This document shows, in pieces, positions 1-11,906 of a DNA stretch of 64,000 nucleotides. The translations under genes were made by a program, and so were the position numbers. Source of the stretch: Pseudobdellovibrionaceae bacterium (GTDB lineage: Bacteria; Bdellovibrionota; Bdellovibrionia; Bdellovibrionales; Bdellovibrionaceae). The first letter of the stretch is position 1. The number at the start of each line of letters is the position of its first letter. The stretch covers positions 1 to 64,000 of the forward strand of contig JBDHWW010000013.1 in NCBI GenBank assembly GCA_039810425.1. The letters are read 5' to 3'. The notes below the pieces were generated by a model. The model had not been told where the DNA came from. It worked only from the letters and a program-made list of their open reading frames with translations, and made no database searches.

Positions 1-548
1 TCTTTGTTAAGCAGTGGAAATCATTCCACGAAAGGCGGGCTCCCTCAACTTTCAACTAGATTTGAAATTTCTCCAAACAAACTGTTATAGGCAATCTTCT
101 TGAAGACTGCCGCTATAATCCCACGGAGGCCAGAAATCGTCTTGCGGCCTATGGATTTACCGACGGCACAAAAAGATCGAGGTGACTCATGACATTTTGT
201 CGGTGGGTGCGTTAAGGGCTATAATGTAGTGAGTCATAACTGACTGTTCGATATCAAATTGAAACAGCTCGTCTTTGACAAAAGACAGGGGAGGGTGCGT
301 TCAAAGTTGGCAATCGTGAATTGGTACATATTTTTGTAAAGAGTCTTTAACAGCGTCGGTAATTTCCGACATAAATTCCAACAAATTTATGACTAAAAAT
401 CGGTTTTAGTAACAGGCGTGAGATTTATTCGGATTGTTTTAAAATTACGGTAAAATTCACTCAGATGGGATTTTATCTATAACTAAACGGGCGTAAACTT
501 GTAGTTGATTGTTGGTTGATGATGAACGTAATGCAAGGATGGTGAAAG

Positions 549-908
549 ATGAAACAGGTAAAAGCTCTCTCGGATTTTTTAAAAGAGAAACGCACACAAG
601 TAGGTCTCTCTCAGAAGGATGTTGCGGATAAGCTCGGATATAGTTCCGCACAATTCATCTCTAACTGGGAAAGAGGACTTTCAAGCCCACCAATGCACAC
701 CTTGAAGAAGCTGGCTGAGATGTACAACGTGAATGTCGACGAGATGTTTGATGTGATCTTGGAATCCACTCTTGAACAGGTCAGAGTAGATTTACAAAAG
801 AAATTCTATAATCACACGAAGAAAGCGGCGAATGGGACTGGCGCGACCAATACGACCACTGCCCCAAACGCAAGCAGCAATAGTAGCAGCAGTGGAATTG
901 TACGATAA
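549..908 (+). CDS. XRE/Cro-C1 family helix-turn-helix regulator with low-complexity C-terminal tail
   Basis: LSQKDVADKLGYSSAQFISNWERGLSSP is a typical HTH_3 motif; T/N/S-rich tail. Confidence 0.85.
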   Translation: MKQVKALSDFLKEKRTQVGLSQKDVADKLGYSSAQFISNWERGLSSPPMHTLKKLAEMYNVNVDEMFDVILESTLEQVRVDLQKKFYNHTKKAANGTGATNTTTAPNASSNSSSSGIVR

Positions 909-934
909 CCTTACGTGAAATCATCATAACAAGG

Positions 935-967
935 AAAAGGACTGCCCTAATCGGCAGTCCTTTTTTT
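935..967. terminator. Bidirectional intrinsic terminator
   Basis: AAAAGGACTGCC-ctaatc-GGCAGTCCTTTT(TTT) between convergent genes. Confidence 0.8.
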
Positions 968-1834
968 GGCCTTTTGCAGAGTCATCACATTGCCGGTGAG
1001 ACAGAGGACGATGCCGAGGGCGATTTCTGGAGTCCAGTGAAAGTTCTCATAAAAAGACGAGAGGGTTAACGCGATGACGGGACTCAGAATACTGGTGTAA
1101 GAGGCTTTTTCAGCGCCTATACGGCCCACCAGCGAGAGGTAAGCACCAAAGGCGATGACCGTGCCAAAGACCGCAAGATATAGTAAACTGACGGTGTACT
1201 TAAGCGTCCAGTCCGCATGAAAGCCCTGTTGCAAAACGAGACCCACCAAGAAGGTAAAAATACTTCCGTAGAGCATCCCAAACGTATTTGACGACATCAC
1301 AGGAATGTTTTCTTTGCGATGAACGTAAGAGATCAGATTCCCAGCGGACGCAAACGCGGTTGCGACGGCACCCACGACCAGTCCCCAAAGCGACGTCGAG
1401 CCGGATTTGAAATTCAAAATCTCTTGCAAAAAAATAAGCCCAATACCTAGGCCGCCGATCGCCGCACCGATAATCACATTTCGCCGGATGGGAGTTCGAA
1501 ACAGCAGCCAAGTTCCCAAAATATTATAGTAAAGTAGCAATGTAAAAGTGACCGCCACCATACCCGAGCTGACCAGGCCTTCAGCCACATAGGTCAGCAT
1601 GTAGTTCACAGAGAACATGCAAATGCCTTGCGCCAGAAACCAGCGATGGTGCTTTAATTTAAAAGCTAGGGGGAGTCGGAAGGCTTTGCAAGCGATCAGC
1701 AAAAGACCTGCAGAAATCAGAAAGCGGTAAAAGACAGAGGCCACCGGAGAGGTGGCTCCAAGTTGGAAGGTGATTACTAACCAAGTGGAACCCCAAATTA
1801 AAGTACAGAGAAGGTAAAGAACTAGGTTTTTCAG
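947..1834 (-). CDS. EamA/DMT family transporter (probable CTG start at 1834)
   Basis: About 10 TM helices; the frame stays open upstream of the ORF-track start (1744) and encodes KNLVLYLLCTLIWGSTWLVI, the usual DMT N-terminus. Confidence 0.8.
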   Translation of the reverse strand: MKNLVLYLLCTLIWGSTWLVITFQLGATSPVASVFYRFLISAGLLLIACKAFRLPLAFKLKHHRWFLAQGICMFSVNYMLTYVAEGLVSSGMVAVTFTLLLYYNILGTWLLFRTPIRRNVIIGAAIGGLGIGLIFLQEILNFKSGSTSLWGLVVGAVATAFASAGNLISYVHRKENIPVMSSNTFGMLYGSIFTFLVGLVLQQGFHADWTLKYTVSLLYLAVFGTVIAFGAYLSLVGRIGAEKASYTSILSPVIALTLSSFYENFHWTPEIALGIVLCLTGNVMTLQKAKKRTAD

Positions 1835-1836
1835 GC

Positions 1837-2238
<402 letters not shown>

Positions 2239-2247
2239 AACTCTCTC

Positions 2248-3663
2248 CTAGATATCGTAGTACAAATGGAATTCGTAAGGCACCGGGCGCTGCTGAACAG
2301 GACGAACCTCACGATCAATCTTATAATTGATCCATGTTTCCAGTAAATCGTCACTGAAAACATCACCTTTTTTCAAGAATCCGCCATTATTTTTCAAATT
2401 CATCAGACTTTCTTCGAGAGTCCCCGGCACTGCGGGAATTCCCGCGGCCTCTTGGGGAGAAAGCCCGTAGATGTCCTTGTCCAAGGGATCACCTGGGTGA
2501 ATTTTATTGATGATCCCGTCAAGACCCGCCATCAACACCGCCGCTTGCGCCAGGTAGATATTCGCAGAAGGATCCGGGGTGCGGAACTCAATACGTTTCG
2601 CTTTTGGATTTGGGCCGGAGTTTGGAATACGCATTGCCGCAGAACGGTTTTTAAAACTGTATGCCAATTTCGTCGGAGCCTCGAAGCCAGGAACCAAGCG
2701 TTTATATGAATTTGTAGTTGGATTGATAATGCCACAAAGCGCAGGAGCGTGCTTCAAAACACCGCCGATGTAGTAAAGCGCCATCTCTGAAAGACCTGCG
2801 TACTTGTTGCCCGCGAATAGATTTTTTCCATCTTTCCATAAAGACATATGGATATGCATTCCTGAGCCGTTGTCATTGAACAAAGGCTTCGGCATGAACG
2901 TCGCTGTTTTTCCATGACGGCGAGCTACATTTTTCACGATATATTTGAACCACATCATTTTGTCGCCCATTTCAAGCGCTGAATCGTAGCGGAAATTGAT
3001 CTCGGCCTGTCCCGCAGAAGCCACTTCATGGTGATGGCGCTCAACGATCATACCGGCGCGTTCAAGCTCCAAGCACATTTCGGTACGGATATCCTGTTGC
3101 GTGTCGGTAGGCAGAGCAGGGAAGTATCCTTCTTTTTGACGAATTTTATAACCGAGGTTGCCGCCGCCCTCGTCACGTCCAGTATTCCAAGCCGCTTCTT
3201 CGCTATCAATCATGTAGAAACCAGAGTTATTGGTTTGTTCATAGCGAACGTCGTCGAAGATAAAGAACTCGGCCTCGGGCCCGAAGTACGCCGTGTCCGC
3301 AATCCCGGTGGATTGCATGAACGCAACAGCGCGCTTCACCACTTGGCGCGGATCGCGATCGTAAGGCTGAAGAGTTTCAGGCATGCAAACGTCGCAAATA
3401 AAATGCAAGGTCGGTACTTGCATGAAAGGATCCATTTTCGCAGTAGACGGATCTGGCAAGATGATCATGTCCGATTCTTCAATCCCCCGCCAGCCGCGGA
3501 TAGAACTGCCATCAAAACCCAACCCATGTTCAAAGATTTCCATGCTGAGTTCAGCAAATGGAATGGTGATGTGTTGCCAAGTTCCGACTAAGTCACAGAA
3601 CTTGAGGTCGACCATGCGGGCGCCCTTGTCTTTTCCGAATTGCAAAGCTTGTTGTGCGTTCAT
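2248..3663 (-). CDS. glnA: Glutamine synthetase type I
   Basis: [46 protein letters not shown]; adenylylation Tyr in DKDIY. Confidence 0.97.
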   Translation of the reverse strand: MNAQQALQFGKDKGARMVDLKFCDLVGTWQHITIPFAELSMEIFEHGLGFDGSSIRGWRGIEESDMIILPDPSTAKMDPFMQVPTLHFICDVCMPETLQPYDRDPRQVVKRAVAFMQSTGIADTAYFGPEAEFFIFDDVRYEQTNNSGFYMIDSEEAAWNTGRDEGGGNLGYKIRQKEGYFPALPTDTQQDIRTEMCLELERAGMIVERHHHEVASAGQAEINFRYDSALEMGDKMMWFKYIVKNVARRHGKTATFMPKPLFNDNGSGMHIHMSLWKDGKNLFAGNKYAGLSEMALYYIGGVLKHAPALCGIINPTTNSYKRLVPGFEAPTKLAYSFKNRSAAMRIPNSGPNPKAKRIEFRTPDPSANIYLAQAAVLMAGLDGIINKIHPGDPLDKDIYGLSPQEAAGIPAVPGTLEESLMNLKNNGGFLKKGDVFSDDLLETWINYKIDREVRPVQQRPVPYEFHLYYDI

Positions 3664-3678
3664 ATGTCTCCTTTATGA

Positions 3679-4023
<345 letters not shown>

Positions 4024-4036
4024 TCAAGTTATTAGA

Positions 4037-4070
4037 ACGATAGCAAATTTGGCTTTTTAGTCAAAAGCCA
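4037..4070 (-). promoter_or_regulatory. Candidate sigma70 promoter of glnBA overlapped by a palindrome
   Basis: Minus strand TTGACT-16 nt-TATCGT (TGn extended -10); TGGCTTTT-N5-AAAAGCCA at 4050-4070 spans the -35. Confidence 0.4.
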
Positions 4071-4229
4071 CGGTTGTTAACGCGAGACAAAATAATTTGA
4101 GTAAATATCCAAGAAATTTTCCAAAAACGCTTCAAATCTGATTTCAATCGCTTGCGGGCCTATGTGGTTTCTGGTACACACTCGAGCACTGCAAAAAGCT
4201 TATTGTTGTCGCAATTTCGGGGGGGATTC

Positions 4230-4829
4230 ATGACTACAACGCGTTTTTTTGTGTACGGTTCCTTGTGTCAGGGAATGGTCCACTTCACGAAGATTCAGAA
4301 CTTCATCGCATCTTCTGTTCCAGCTCAAATCCGCGCGACTGCTTATAGACTTAAAGTTGGTTTCCCGGCTTTGATTAATTCTGGCGCAGATGTGGTTTCA
4401 GGCCATCTCGTTGACTTGCGTTCCTCAGATCTTTTGATCGCTCTTTTGGATGAATTTTTTGGCTATAACCAGCAAGATCCGTCTAAAAGCCTCTATCATC
4501 GCCAAGAAACTCTCGTGACTATCGACGGCGAACATGTTGAAAAGGCCTGGGTTTATTTCTTGAATCCAATGAAATTGCCGGCGAACGCAACACCGATCCA
4601 TGGCGGAGACTGGCAGAAGTCCCTCGAGGACCAGCCAGCCATGACCCAGAAGCTCACGGACAAGCAGAAATGCTACATTTCCAAGCTGGGGAACTCTTCT
4701 GGGCGCGAGATCGTCCCGATCGACTTACAACTTTACAGAGAACTCATGAACTTAGAGCTGATCGTAGACAAGGGCCGAAGACTTGCGCTATCTAAGCTCG
4801 GTCATGAAGTCTACAGACACCTTGCCTAA
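4230..4829 (+). CDS. Gamma-glutamylcyclotransferase (AIG2-like) family protein with extra C-terminal domain
   Basis: FFVYGSL motif, FPAL, AWVY; ATG at 4230 after a G-rich RBS. Confidence 0.75.
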   Translation: MTTTRFFVYGSLCQGMVHFTKIQNFIASSVPAQIRATAYRLKVGFPALINSGADVVSGHLVDLRSSDLLIALLDEFFGYNQQDPSKSLYHRQETLVTIDGEHVEKAWVYFLNPMKLPANATPIHGGDWQKSLEDQPAMTQKLTDKQKCYISKLGNSSGREIVPIDLQLYRELMNLELIVDKGRRLALSKLGHEVYRHLA

Positions 4830-5292
4830 GCCCACTTTTAAAATTGTGCTCATCGAGCCCGAAATCCCACAAAACACGGGGAACATCGGGCGCACGTGCG
4901 TGGCTACGAACTGCGAGCTGCATGTTGTGGGCAAAATGGGTTTTGAGATCAACGATAAAAATCTCAAACGCGCGGGCCTTGACTATTGGCCGCACCTGAC
5001 CTGGCACCGCCACGAGACATTTGCAGATTGGTTGAAGCTCGTGACGGATCCAACACGCATGTGGCTTTTCACGACGAAAACCCAGCGCACTTATTTTGAA
5101 CCGCGGTATCGGCCAGGAGATTGGTTAGTATTTGGAAAAGAGACTAAGGGTCTTGCTCCGGATTTTTTGGCGAAGTTTCCAAATCAGACCCTCACGATTC
5201 CGATGATCGGGGAAGGCGCCCGCAGCTTGAATCTCGCAACCAGTGTCGCGATCGCTGCCTATGAAGGCGTCCGTCAGTTGGGCTTTTCTTAG
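4804..5292 (+). CDS. trmL: tRNA (cytidine/uridine-34-2'-O)-methyltransferase
   Basis: PEIPQNTGNIGRTC, RAGLDYW, FGKETKGL, IPM..RSLNL (SPOUT family). Confidence 0.93.
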   Translation: MKSTDTLPKPTFKIVLIEPEIPQNTGNIGRTCVATNCELHVVGKMGFEINDKNLKRAGLDYWPHLTWHRHETFADWLKLVTDPTRMWLFTTKTQRTYFEPRYRPGDWLVFGKETKGLAPDFLAKFPNQTLTIPMIGEGARSLNLATSVAIAAYEGVRQLGFS

Positions 5293-5975
5293 AATAGCAA
5301 ATGAGGACACTTGCTATTCAAGACGCTCTTAAGCTGAGCATCGTCGTATCGAAAGATGACATCATCATCTAGCGTGTAACGATAGACATCACCATTCGCA
5401 AGTTGACACTGGCGAGCATCTGCATCTTTGAAGACAATTTTTCCTTTTGAGCTTTGGCTCGGGCTTTTGCCGATTGTAAAGCCCCCATCCAGCATCAAGC
5501 CGTCATTTTTCGCAAACTCAATGCCGCCGCGGTTATTGGGATTCACAGAGTAGTCTTGCGTGATTTGTGAACCAGAAACACTGATGAGAACCGCTTTTTG
5601 TGAATCAAAGACAAAAACCTTTCCGCTGGGAGTCGTGACACTCAGTCTTTGCGTGGCGGGATCGTGGCTATAAGAAAGGTTGCCCTGGCCGCGTGGAAAG
5701 AAGCGGAACTCACGAGCGGCGGTCGTTTTGCTTTCGTCGCCAGGACCATAGGAATTGAAAACCATGAAAAGTCCATCATCATCAAAAAGGAAATCGCGAT
5801 AGATCAGCGTCTGGAATGCATCGCGTGGGTGAATTGTCAGATAGCAGGTATATTGGCCGTCAATCACCTGGACTTGGGTGCCATTGAAGATTTCGTATTT
5901 TTCTGTGCAAGCGGCCGACGCGGCATGGGCTGAGGACAAAAAACCAAGAGCAACAAGGATGCTGAATAATTTCAT
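5289..5975 (-). CDS. Secreted hypothetical protein
   Basis: Signal peptide MKLFSILVALGFLSSAHA; GGAGG RBS; beta-rich, four Cys. Confidence 0.7.
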   Translation of the reverse strand: MKLFSILVALGFLSSAHAASAACTEKYEIFNGTQVQVIDGQYTCYLTIHPRDAFQTLIYRDFLFDDDGLFMVFNSYGPGDESKTTAAREFRFFPRGQGNLSYSHDPATQRLSVTTPSGKVFVFDSQKAVLISVSGSQITQDYSVNPNNRGGIEFAKNDGLMLDGGFTIGKSPSQSSKGKIVFKDADARQCQLANGDVYRYTLDDDVIFRYDDAQLKSVLNSKCPHLLF

Positions 5976-6058
5976 GGGGACCTCCAGTAAAAATTTTATC
6001 TGGAAGCACGTGGAACCCGTCAACGAGGACCCATAGAATATGGAAAAACACAGACCTT

Positions 6059-6451
6059 TTATTTGAAGACTATGGCCTTTCCGATAGGAGCCAAAGAGAT
6101 ACCGGCGAGTTTAAAGTGCTGAAGGCCAAAAGGGATGCCAATGAGAGTGATGCAGAGACCGATACCAAAGAACAGGTGGACCAGTGCCAGCCACCAGCCG
6201 CAGAAAACGAACCACAGAATGTTTCCGATCATGCCGAGGGCACCTGTACCGATGTCAGTGCCGCTGACATGTTCGCGATCGACGACACGTGAACCAAAAG
6301 GCCAGAGATTCAAAAGACCGATATTGAAAGCCGCCCGCGCCCAAGGAATCCCGACGATCGAGATCACCATAATGATGGCAGAGGTGAACCAAGAGATCGC
6401 CGTCGTCCATCCACCGAATAAAAGCCATAAGAGATTCAGAATGAAGTTCAT
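6059..6451 (-). CDS. yccF: YccF domain inner membrane protein
   Basis: Duplicated NLLWLLFGGW...IVGIPW and NILWF..GWW...IGIPFGLQHFK. Confidence 0.9.
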   Translation of the reverse strand: MNFILNLLWLLFGGWTTAISWFTSAIIMVISIVGIPWARAAFNIGLLNLWPFGSRVVDREHVSGTDIGTGALGMIGNILWFVFCGWWLALVHLFFGIGLCITLIGIPFGLQHFKLAGISLAPIGKAIVFK

Positions 6452-6511
6452 GCAGAAATACTCACACGGGTTGGTTGGAAAAACCAGTGATTAAATCTTA
6501 ACTCAGAGGCG

Positions 6512-6703
6512 CTAAGATTCTTGAGAGGTCCATCTGTGGAATGATTTCTTCGAAATGAATATTCCACAGGACTCCAAGAGCTTTGCCTTTAATCGCATCG
6601 CGTTTAACAAAGCCCCACGAGCTGCTTCGCGAAGGCGTTGCGCCGTAAAGTGATGCTTGCCTAAAGTTTCATAATAGGTTTGTCGCCCTTGCTCAGAGTT
6701 CAA
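6512..6703 (-). CDS. Possible small hypothetical protein
   Basis: 63-aa ORF with TTG start and GAGG RBS filling an intergenic gap; no recognised motif. Confidence 0.35.
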   Translation of the reverse strand: MNSEQGRQTYYETLGKHHFTAQRLREAARGALLNAMRLKAKLLESCGIFISKKSFHRWTSQES

Positions 6704-6744
6704 TTCTAACCTCGCTAAACACCTCTCGAAAGAGGACTTCAGCC

Positions 6745-7263
6745 CTAGAATTCCTCAAAGGTGCATTTGTCTTTGTTTTTGCGAACGCGAGGCACCTTGA
6801 ACACTTGGTTGTGGAAGGAAATGTAAAACCCAGGTTGCAGAAGTTTTGCCGCAAGCAAAGCCTCCGTCACATTCTGGGCGGCGTCGCTGTCGTCGAATCC
6901 CATCGGAATCATCGCACCTGTGAAAACCACAGGGACGTGCGGTGTTCCGAGTTCTTTGAAGCAATGCTCTGCCGAGACACTCATAGTGTCAGTTCCGTGC
7001 AGGACAACGATGGGGCAATTTTTCTGTGCTTGATCTTTGATGGTGGCCGCAATCAGGACGCGATCCGCGTCGGTCATGTACAGAGAGTCTTTGCTGAGCA
7101 CAGGAACGACAATGATGTTTGTGTAAGGCAAGCGCATCTTGGAAAGGATCCGGTTACGAATGCTCGTGCCACGATTTTCCAAGGAGCCATCGAACTCGTT
7201 ATAAGTTTTTTCGATGGTGCCGCCGGTAGTGATAATAACAACGTCTTGATTGGGAGTGCTCAT
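6745..7263 (-). CDS. Short asparaginase-domain protein (N-terminal domain only)
   Basis: TTGGTI and HGTDTM catalytic motifs, VFTGAM. Confidence 0.88.
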   Translation of the reverse strand: MSTPNQDVVIITTGGTIEKTYNEFDGSLENRGTSIRNRILSKMRLPYTNIIVVPVLSKDSLYMTDADRVLIAATIKDQAQKNCPIVVLHGTDTMSVSAEHCFKELGTPHVPVVFTGAMIPMGFDDSDAAQNVTEALLAAKLLQPGFYISFHNQVFKVPRVRKNKDKCTFEEF

Positions 7264-7449
7264 GGGGGAATCCTATGCGTGAATAAGGTAAAAATCTCTC
7301 CAAAAATCTTAAAAAATCTAAATTTTCTAATTTCCATGCTTCCAAGGGGCCGTTCTGGCTGAAAGTCCGATCTAACACATCTTGTCCAGGAGCTAAAAAT
7401 GCCCTGTTTTCTTGCGGTTAATCGACTTTGGGACTATTCTCGATGGACT

Positions 7450-10104
7450 ATGGTAAATGAAATTCTACGCAAAATTTTCGGTACTAAACATGATCGTGAA
7501 ATGAAGAGAATCCGTCCTATCGTGGACAAGATCAACTCTTATGAACCGGCGATGCAGGCTCTTGGAGATGAACAGCTCAAAGCAAAAACTCCAGAGTTCC
7601 AAAACCGCTTGAAAAACGGCGAAACCGTCGAGGATATTTTGCCGGAAGCGTTTGCGGTTTGTCGCGAAGCTTCGAAGCGTGTGCTCGGCATGCGCCACTA
7701 CGATGTGCAAATGATCGGTGGTATCGTGCTCAATCGTGGCTCGATCTCTGAAATGAGAACGGGTGAGGGTAAAACTCTCGTGGCAACTTTGCCGGTCTAC
7801 CTGAACGCGCTCACAGGTAAGGGTGTTCACGTTGTAACGGTGAATGATTACCTCGCTCGTCGTGACGCCGAATGGATGGGTCGTCTTTATGGTTGGCTCG
7901 GCCTTACAACAGGTATCATCGTTCATGGTCTTTCTGATCAACAACGTAAAGAGATGTACCGTTCAGATATCACTTATTGCACGAATAACGAATTGGGATT
8001 CGACTACCTTCGTGACAACATGAAGTTTGAACTCGAAGACTATGTTCAACGTGAGCTCAACTACGCGATCGTGGATGAGTGTGACTCCATCTTGATCGAT
8101 GAAGCGCGTACGCCGCTCATCATCTCGGGCCCGGCGGAAGCCTCGACAGACAAGTACATCACAATCAACAAAATCATTCCTCAATTGAAGCGCGACGTGC
8201 ACTTCAACATGGAAGAGAAAACGAAAACGGCTTCCCTGACGGACGACGGGAATGCGAAGGTCGAAGAACTTTTGGGTCTTGAGAACCTTTATGATCCAAG
8301 AAACATCGATATTCTACACCACGTTTACCAAGCCTTGAAAGCACACTACCTCTACCGTCTTGATGTGGAATATATGATCAAAGACGGCGAGATCGTGATC
8401 GTCGATGAATTTACCGGCCGTTTGATGCCGGGTCGTCGCTGGAGTGATGGTCTTCATCAAGCCATCGAAGCCAAAGAAGGCGTTGAGGTGAAGAACGAGA
8501 ATCAGACTCTTGCAACCATCACCTTCCAAAATTACTTCCGTATGTACAACAAAATCGCAGGTATGACTGGTACGGCGGATACAGAAGCAACGGAGTTTAA
8601 GAAAATCTACAACCTCGATGTCTCTGTGATCCCGACGAACAAACCGATCTTGCGTATGGACCAAGAAGACGTTGTTTACAAGTCTGAAAATGCGAAGTTC
8701 AAAGCCATCGCCGCAGATGTTCGTGAGCGTTCCGCAAAAGGTCAGCCCATCTTGGTGGGGACTGTGAGTATCGAGAAATCAGAAGCTCTTAGCCATGCTC
8801 TGAAACGCGAAGGCATTCGCCACGACGTTTTGAATGCGAAAGCCCACGAGCGCGAAGCGGAAATCGTTGCCCAGGCAGGCCGCAAAAATGCCGTAACAAT
8901 TGCAACGAACATGGCCGGTCGTGGTACCGATATCATGCTCGGTGGTAACGCCGAAGTGATGGCAAAGAAAGCTATTGATGACGAATCGACTCCGGAATAC
9001 GCGGAAACTCTCGAGAAGTTCAAAAAACAATGTTCTGAAGAGCGTAAAGACGTGGTGGCAGCGGGTGGTTTGTACATCATCGGTACAGAACGCCATGAAT
9101 CTCGCCGTATCGACAATCAGTTGCGCGGCCGTTCGGGCCGGCAAGGGGACCCCGGTGAGTCTCGCTTTTATCTTTCTTTGGAAGATACATTGATGAGAAT
9201 TTTCAATGGTGAGCGTATTCAGAAGATCATGAGTATGCTCAATATCCCTGAAGATGAACCAATCACAGCGAAAATGGTGACAAACGCCATCGAAGGCGCT
9301 CAACGTAAAGTGGAGGGTCATCAGTTCGATATCCGTAAGCACTTGATCGATTACGATGATGTGATGAACAAGCAACGAACTGTGATCTACCGCATGCGCC
9401 GCCAGGTTTTGGACGGCCAGGACGTGGAAAGAACGATTCTTGATTTCTTGGGTGATATCACTTCAGGGCTTTTGGATACTTACATTCCAGAAATGGGTAA
9501 AAAAGAAGAGTGGAACCTCGAAGCTTTAAATACCGCATTGTCACAGCAATTCGGCATCCGTTTGGATTTCGGCTCTGTCGCGGCAAACTCTGAAGCGATC
9601 ACAGGCACGGTGAGTAAAGCGGTGAAAGAAATTTATGAACGTCAAAAGGCGTCCATGGGGCCCTTCTTCGCACAAGTTCAAAAAATGATTTTGCTTCAGT
9701 CCATCGACAATCACTGGAAAGAGCATTTGCAAGTGATCGATAAACTCAAAGAGGGCATCAATCTTCGTGGCTATGCTTCGAAAGACCCTTTAATCGAGTA
9801 CAAAAAAGAGGCCTTCGACGCGTTTGAAAACCTCAATAATATCATCAAAGGCGATGTGATTGAAAAACTTATGAAGGTTCAACTTGTGGCTCAAGAGCCG
9901 GGCGCCGAAGAGGTGCTCGAAGGCATGAGACCCGAGGCTGCTGACTTGAGCGGCTTGGATTACTCCTCGCCAAGCGATTCTGACATCGGTGTGATGGAAG
10001 AAGCCGCGCCGACGTCCGAAAGACAGAAAATGACTTTCAACCGGGCGCCGGCGGAAGAATCAAAAATGAACCGTGCGGATCGCCGCAGAATGAAGAAGAA
10101 GTAG
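7450..10104 (+). CDS. secA: Preprotein translocase ATPase SecA
   Basis: [51 protein letters not shown]. Confidence 0.98.
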   Translation: MVNEILRKIFGTKHDREMKRIRPIVDKINSYEPAMQALGDEQLKAKTPEFQNRLKNGETVEDILPEAFAVCREASKRVLGMRHYDVQMIGGIVLNRGSISEMRTGEGKTLVATLPVYLNALTGKGVHVVTVNDYLARRDAEWMGRLYGWLGLTTGIIVHGLSDQQRKEMYRSDITYCTNNELGFDYLRDNMKFELEDYVQRELNYAIVDECDSILIDEARTPLIISGPAEASTDKYITINKIIPQLKRDVHFNMEEKTKTASLTDDGNAKVEELLGLENLYDPRNIDILHHVYQALKAHYLYRLDVEYMIKDGEIVIVDEFTGRLMPGRRWSDGLHQAIEAKEGVEVKNENQTLATITFQNYFRMYNKIAGMTGTADTEATEFKKIYNLDVSVIPTNKPILRMDQEDVVYKSENAKFKAIAADVRERSAKGQPILVGTVSIEKSEALSHALKREGIRHDVLNAKAHEREAEIVAQAGRKNAVTIATNMAGRGTDIMLGGNAEVMAKKAIDDESTPEYAETLEKFKKQCSEERKDVVAAGGLYIIGTERHESRRIDNQLRGRSGRQGDPGESRFYLSLEDTLMRIFNGERIQKIMSMLNIPEDEPITAKMVTNAIEGAQRKVEGHQFDIRKHLIDYDDVMNKQRTVIYRMRRQVLDGQDVERTILDFLGDITSGLLDTYIPEMGKKEEWNLEALNTALSQQFGIRLDFGSVAANSEAITGTVSKAVKEIYERQKASMGPFFAQVQKMILLQSIDNHWKEHLQVIDKLKEGINLRGYASKDPLIEYKKEAFDAFENLNNIIKGDVIEKLMKVQLVAQEPGAEEVLEGMRPEAADLSGLDYSSPSDSDIGVMEEAAPTSERQKMTFNRAPAEESKMNRADRRRMKKK

Positions 10105-10109
10105 TCGCT

Positions 10110-10706
10110 GTGGCTCAGTGCCCTGTCTGCCAGTCTGAGATTGAGATTACTTCGCAACACTTCGGGACTCTTTTTACATGCCCTCGGTGCAGCGCGGTTT
10201 TCTTTGTCGACTGGGGAGGGCAACCGGAAGTTGCAGCAAATTCTGAAACCTTCGGCGAAGTTCCCAACGATCAAGAGCCTGCTCCCGTTTACGAGAGTGT
10301 GCCGGCGGAAGAAGCTCCGGCAACTGAGGTCGCGGAAGAGCCCAACTACGATTTCTCGCAGCCCTTGGGCGACACAGCTCCGCAGCCAATGACTCCGTTA
10401 GGGTCAGAATCAAATCCACTCGGCGATATTGCGGATTTCGGCAATGCAGATTTAGATCAATCGGCGCTCAATTATACCATTACGATTTCCGGGATTGATT
10501 CGGGCGCTCTTCGCACTCAGATCCAGGAAGCAATTTCCGACTCCAAATTTGGTTGGAGCGCTGTTCAGATCATCGCCCAGATTAAGGGCGGGGTTTTGAC
10601 AATAAGGTCTGTGAATGCCGTAAAAGCCAGTATACTGGTTCAAAGGGTGAAGTATCTCCCGGTGAAGATCAGTTGGAGGCAGGATGTTCTTTCAAGCTCT
10701 GTCTAA
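10110..10706 (+). CDS. Zinc-ribbon domain protein with acidic linker
   Basis: CPVC...CPRC at the N-terminus, P/E-rich linker, compact C-terminal domain; 5 bp after secA. Confidence 0.7.
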   Translation: MAQCPVCQSEIEITSQHFGTLFTCPRCSAVFFVDWGGQPEVAANSETFGEVPNDQEPAPVYESVPAEEAPATEVAEEPNYDFSQPLGDTAPQPMTPLGSESNPLGDIADFGNADLDQSALNYTITISGIDSGALRTQIQEAISDSKFGWSAVQIIAQIKGGVLTIRSVNAVKASILVQRVKYLPVKISWRQDVLSSSV

Positions 10707-11316
10707 AATCCTTATTGCAGCTTTGGCTCTGAACCTTTCTTTGGGTACAGCCGTCGCATACGCCAACGAAGGCAAGAAAGAAGAGAAAAAAGCCGAAGGC
10801 AAAGAGGGTTCTAAGGAAGGCGAAGGCGGTGGTGAGGGCGAAGGAAGTGACGCTCAAAAAAAGCAAGCCAGTGAAGCGATTGAACTTCAAGCAAAAGTCC
10901 AAGCCCTGCAAGCGAAGATCAGATCCAAGGAAGAAAACATCCAAAAGCTGATTGAGGAAAAGAATCGCACCAAGGATCCTGAGAAAGTAGCTGAGATCAT
11001 TAAAGAGATGGTTTCTGATCACAAAGAGATGAGCAAAATGATCGAAGAGTACGAGCAGAACCGCAGTCTGCTTCGTTACCGTTATCCAGAAAAAGGTTTT
11101 GTCGGCGGCCGCACTTACGAACGTATGGAAGTAAAGCCTTTGGATCAAATGGAAAATCAAATGAGCGTCGAGGCAAAGCTAAAGCGCAACCTTAAAACAG
11201 TGCACTCTCAATACGGTGAAACTGTCGATGCGAAACGGCCGAAAAAGAAACGGCCGGGACAGAAGCAAGAGGCCGAGGTCCCCTCTTTGACAGAACCCCT
11301 CATAATTCAGAAGTAG
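10684..11316 (+). CDS. Secreted coiled-coil hypothetical protein
   Basis: Signal peptide ending AYA; E/K/G-rich segment followed by heptad repeats. Confidence 0.65.
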   Translation: MFFQALSKILIAALALNLSLGTAVAYANEGKKEEKKAEGKEGSKEGEGGGEGEGSDAQKKQASEAIELQAKVQALQAKIRSKEENIQKLIEEKNRTKDPEKVAEIIKEMVSDHKEMSKMIEEYEQNRSLLRYRYPEKGFVGGRTYERMEVKPLDQMENQMSVEAKLKRNLKTVHSQYGETVDAKRPKKKRPGQKQEAEVPSLTEPLIIQK

Positions 11317-11364
11317 ATTTGCAATTCATGGATTCAGTGGGACACGGGGGCAAGGGCGTGGATT

Positions 11365-11805
11365 TTACTGGACCGGCTTGAATGTCGGTACGTAGCGCAC
11401 TTTATCAGTGCCGCGGACTTCCTTCTCATAGTTCGAGTAGGCTTGAGGATTCTCTTGATATTTTCGGACGGACTCTTCTTCGATGGCTTTATTGGCCACT
11501 TCGTTTTTCGCGTCAACTTGCGCAGCAGTTATTTCAGGCTCCCACTTTTCTCCAACGTAGATAGCATTGCCCTCAAAGAATTGAACCTCTTTTTCATAGC
11601 GAACTCGGTCTTGATAGAACGTGTAAGACCACCGGTCTTTTCCATGGAAGCGCTCGGTCCGCTGAGGGCTTCCCATGACCTCTAGGACGTCGTCTTTTTC
11701 CATTCCAATGTGAAGTTTATTGTACTCTTTAAGCATGTTCGTTTGGCATGCGGATAGGATGAGGCTGCTACCGACTAATGAAATCGCAAGAATGGATCGC
11801 AGCAT
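11365..11805 (-). CDS. bamE: Outer membrane assembly lipoprotein BamE (SmpA/OmlA family)
   Basis: Lipobox LSAC; GMEKDDVLEVMGSP and W.Y motifs. Confidence 0.75.
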   Translation of the reverse strand: MLRSILAISLVGSSLILSACQTNMLKEYNKLHIGMEKDDVLEVMGSPQRTERFHGKDRWSYTFYQDRVRYEKEVQFFEGNAIYVGEKWEPEITAAQVDAKNEVANKAIEEESVRKYQENPQAYSNYEKEVRGTDKVRYVPTFKPVQ

Positions 11806-11906
11806 ATGGCACCTCACCCCTTTCCCTTATTTTCGCCTGATTCTTAAAAAAAATAAACGATCAGCCGCTGGAAACCACTCCGGCGTCTCAGATTGGGACG
11901 AGTTCA

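Noticed and set aside
6745..7263. Truncated asparaginase pseudogene
   Set aside because: Intact start, stop and both catalytic Thr motifs; short single-domain asparaginases are a known form.
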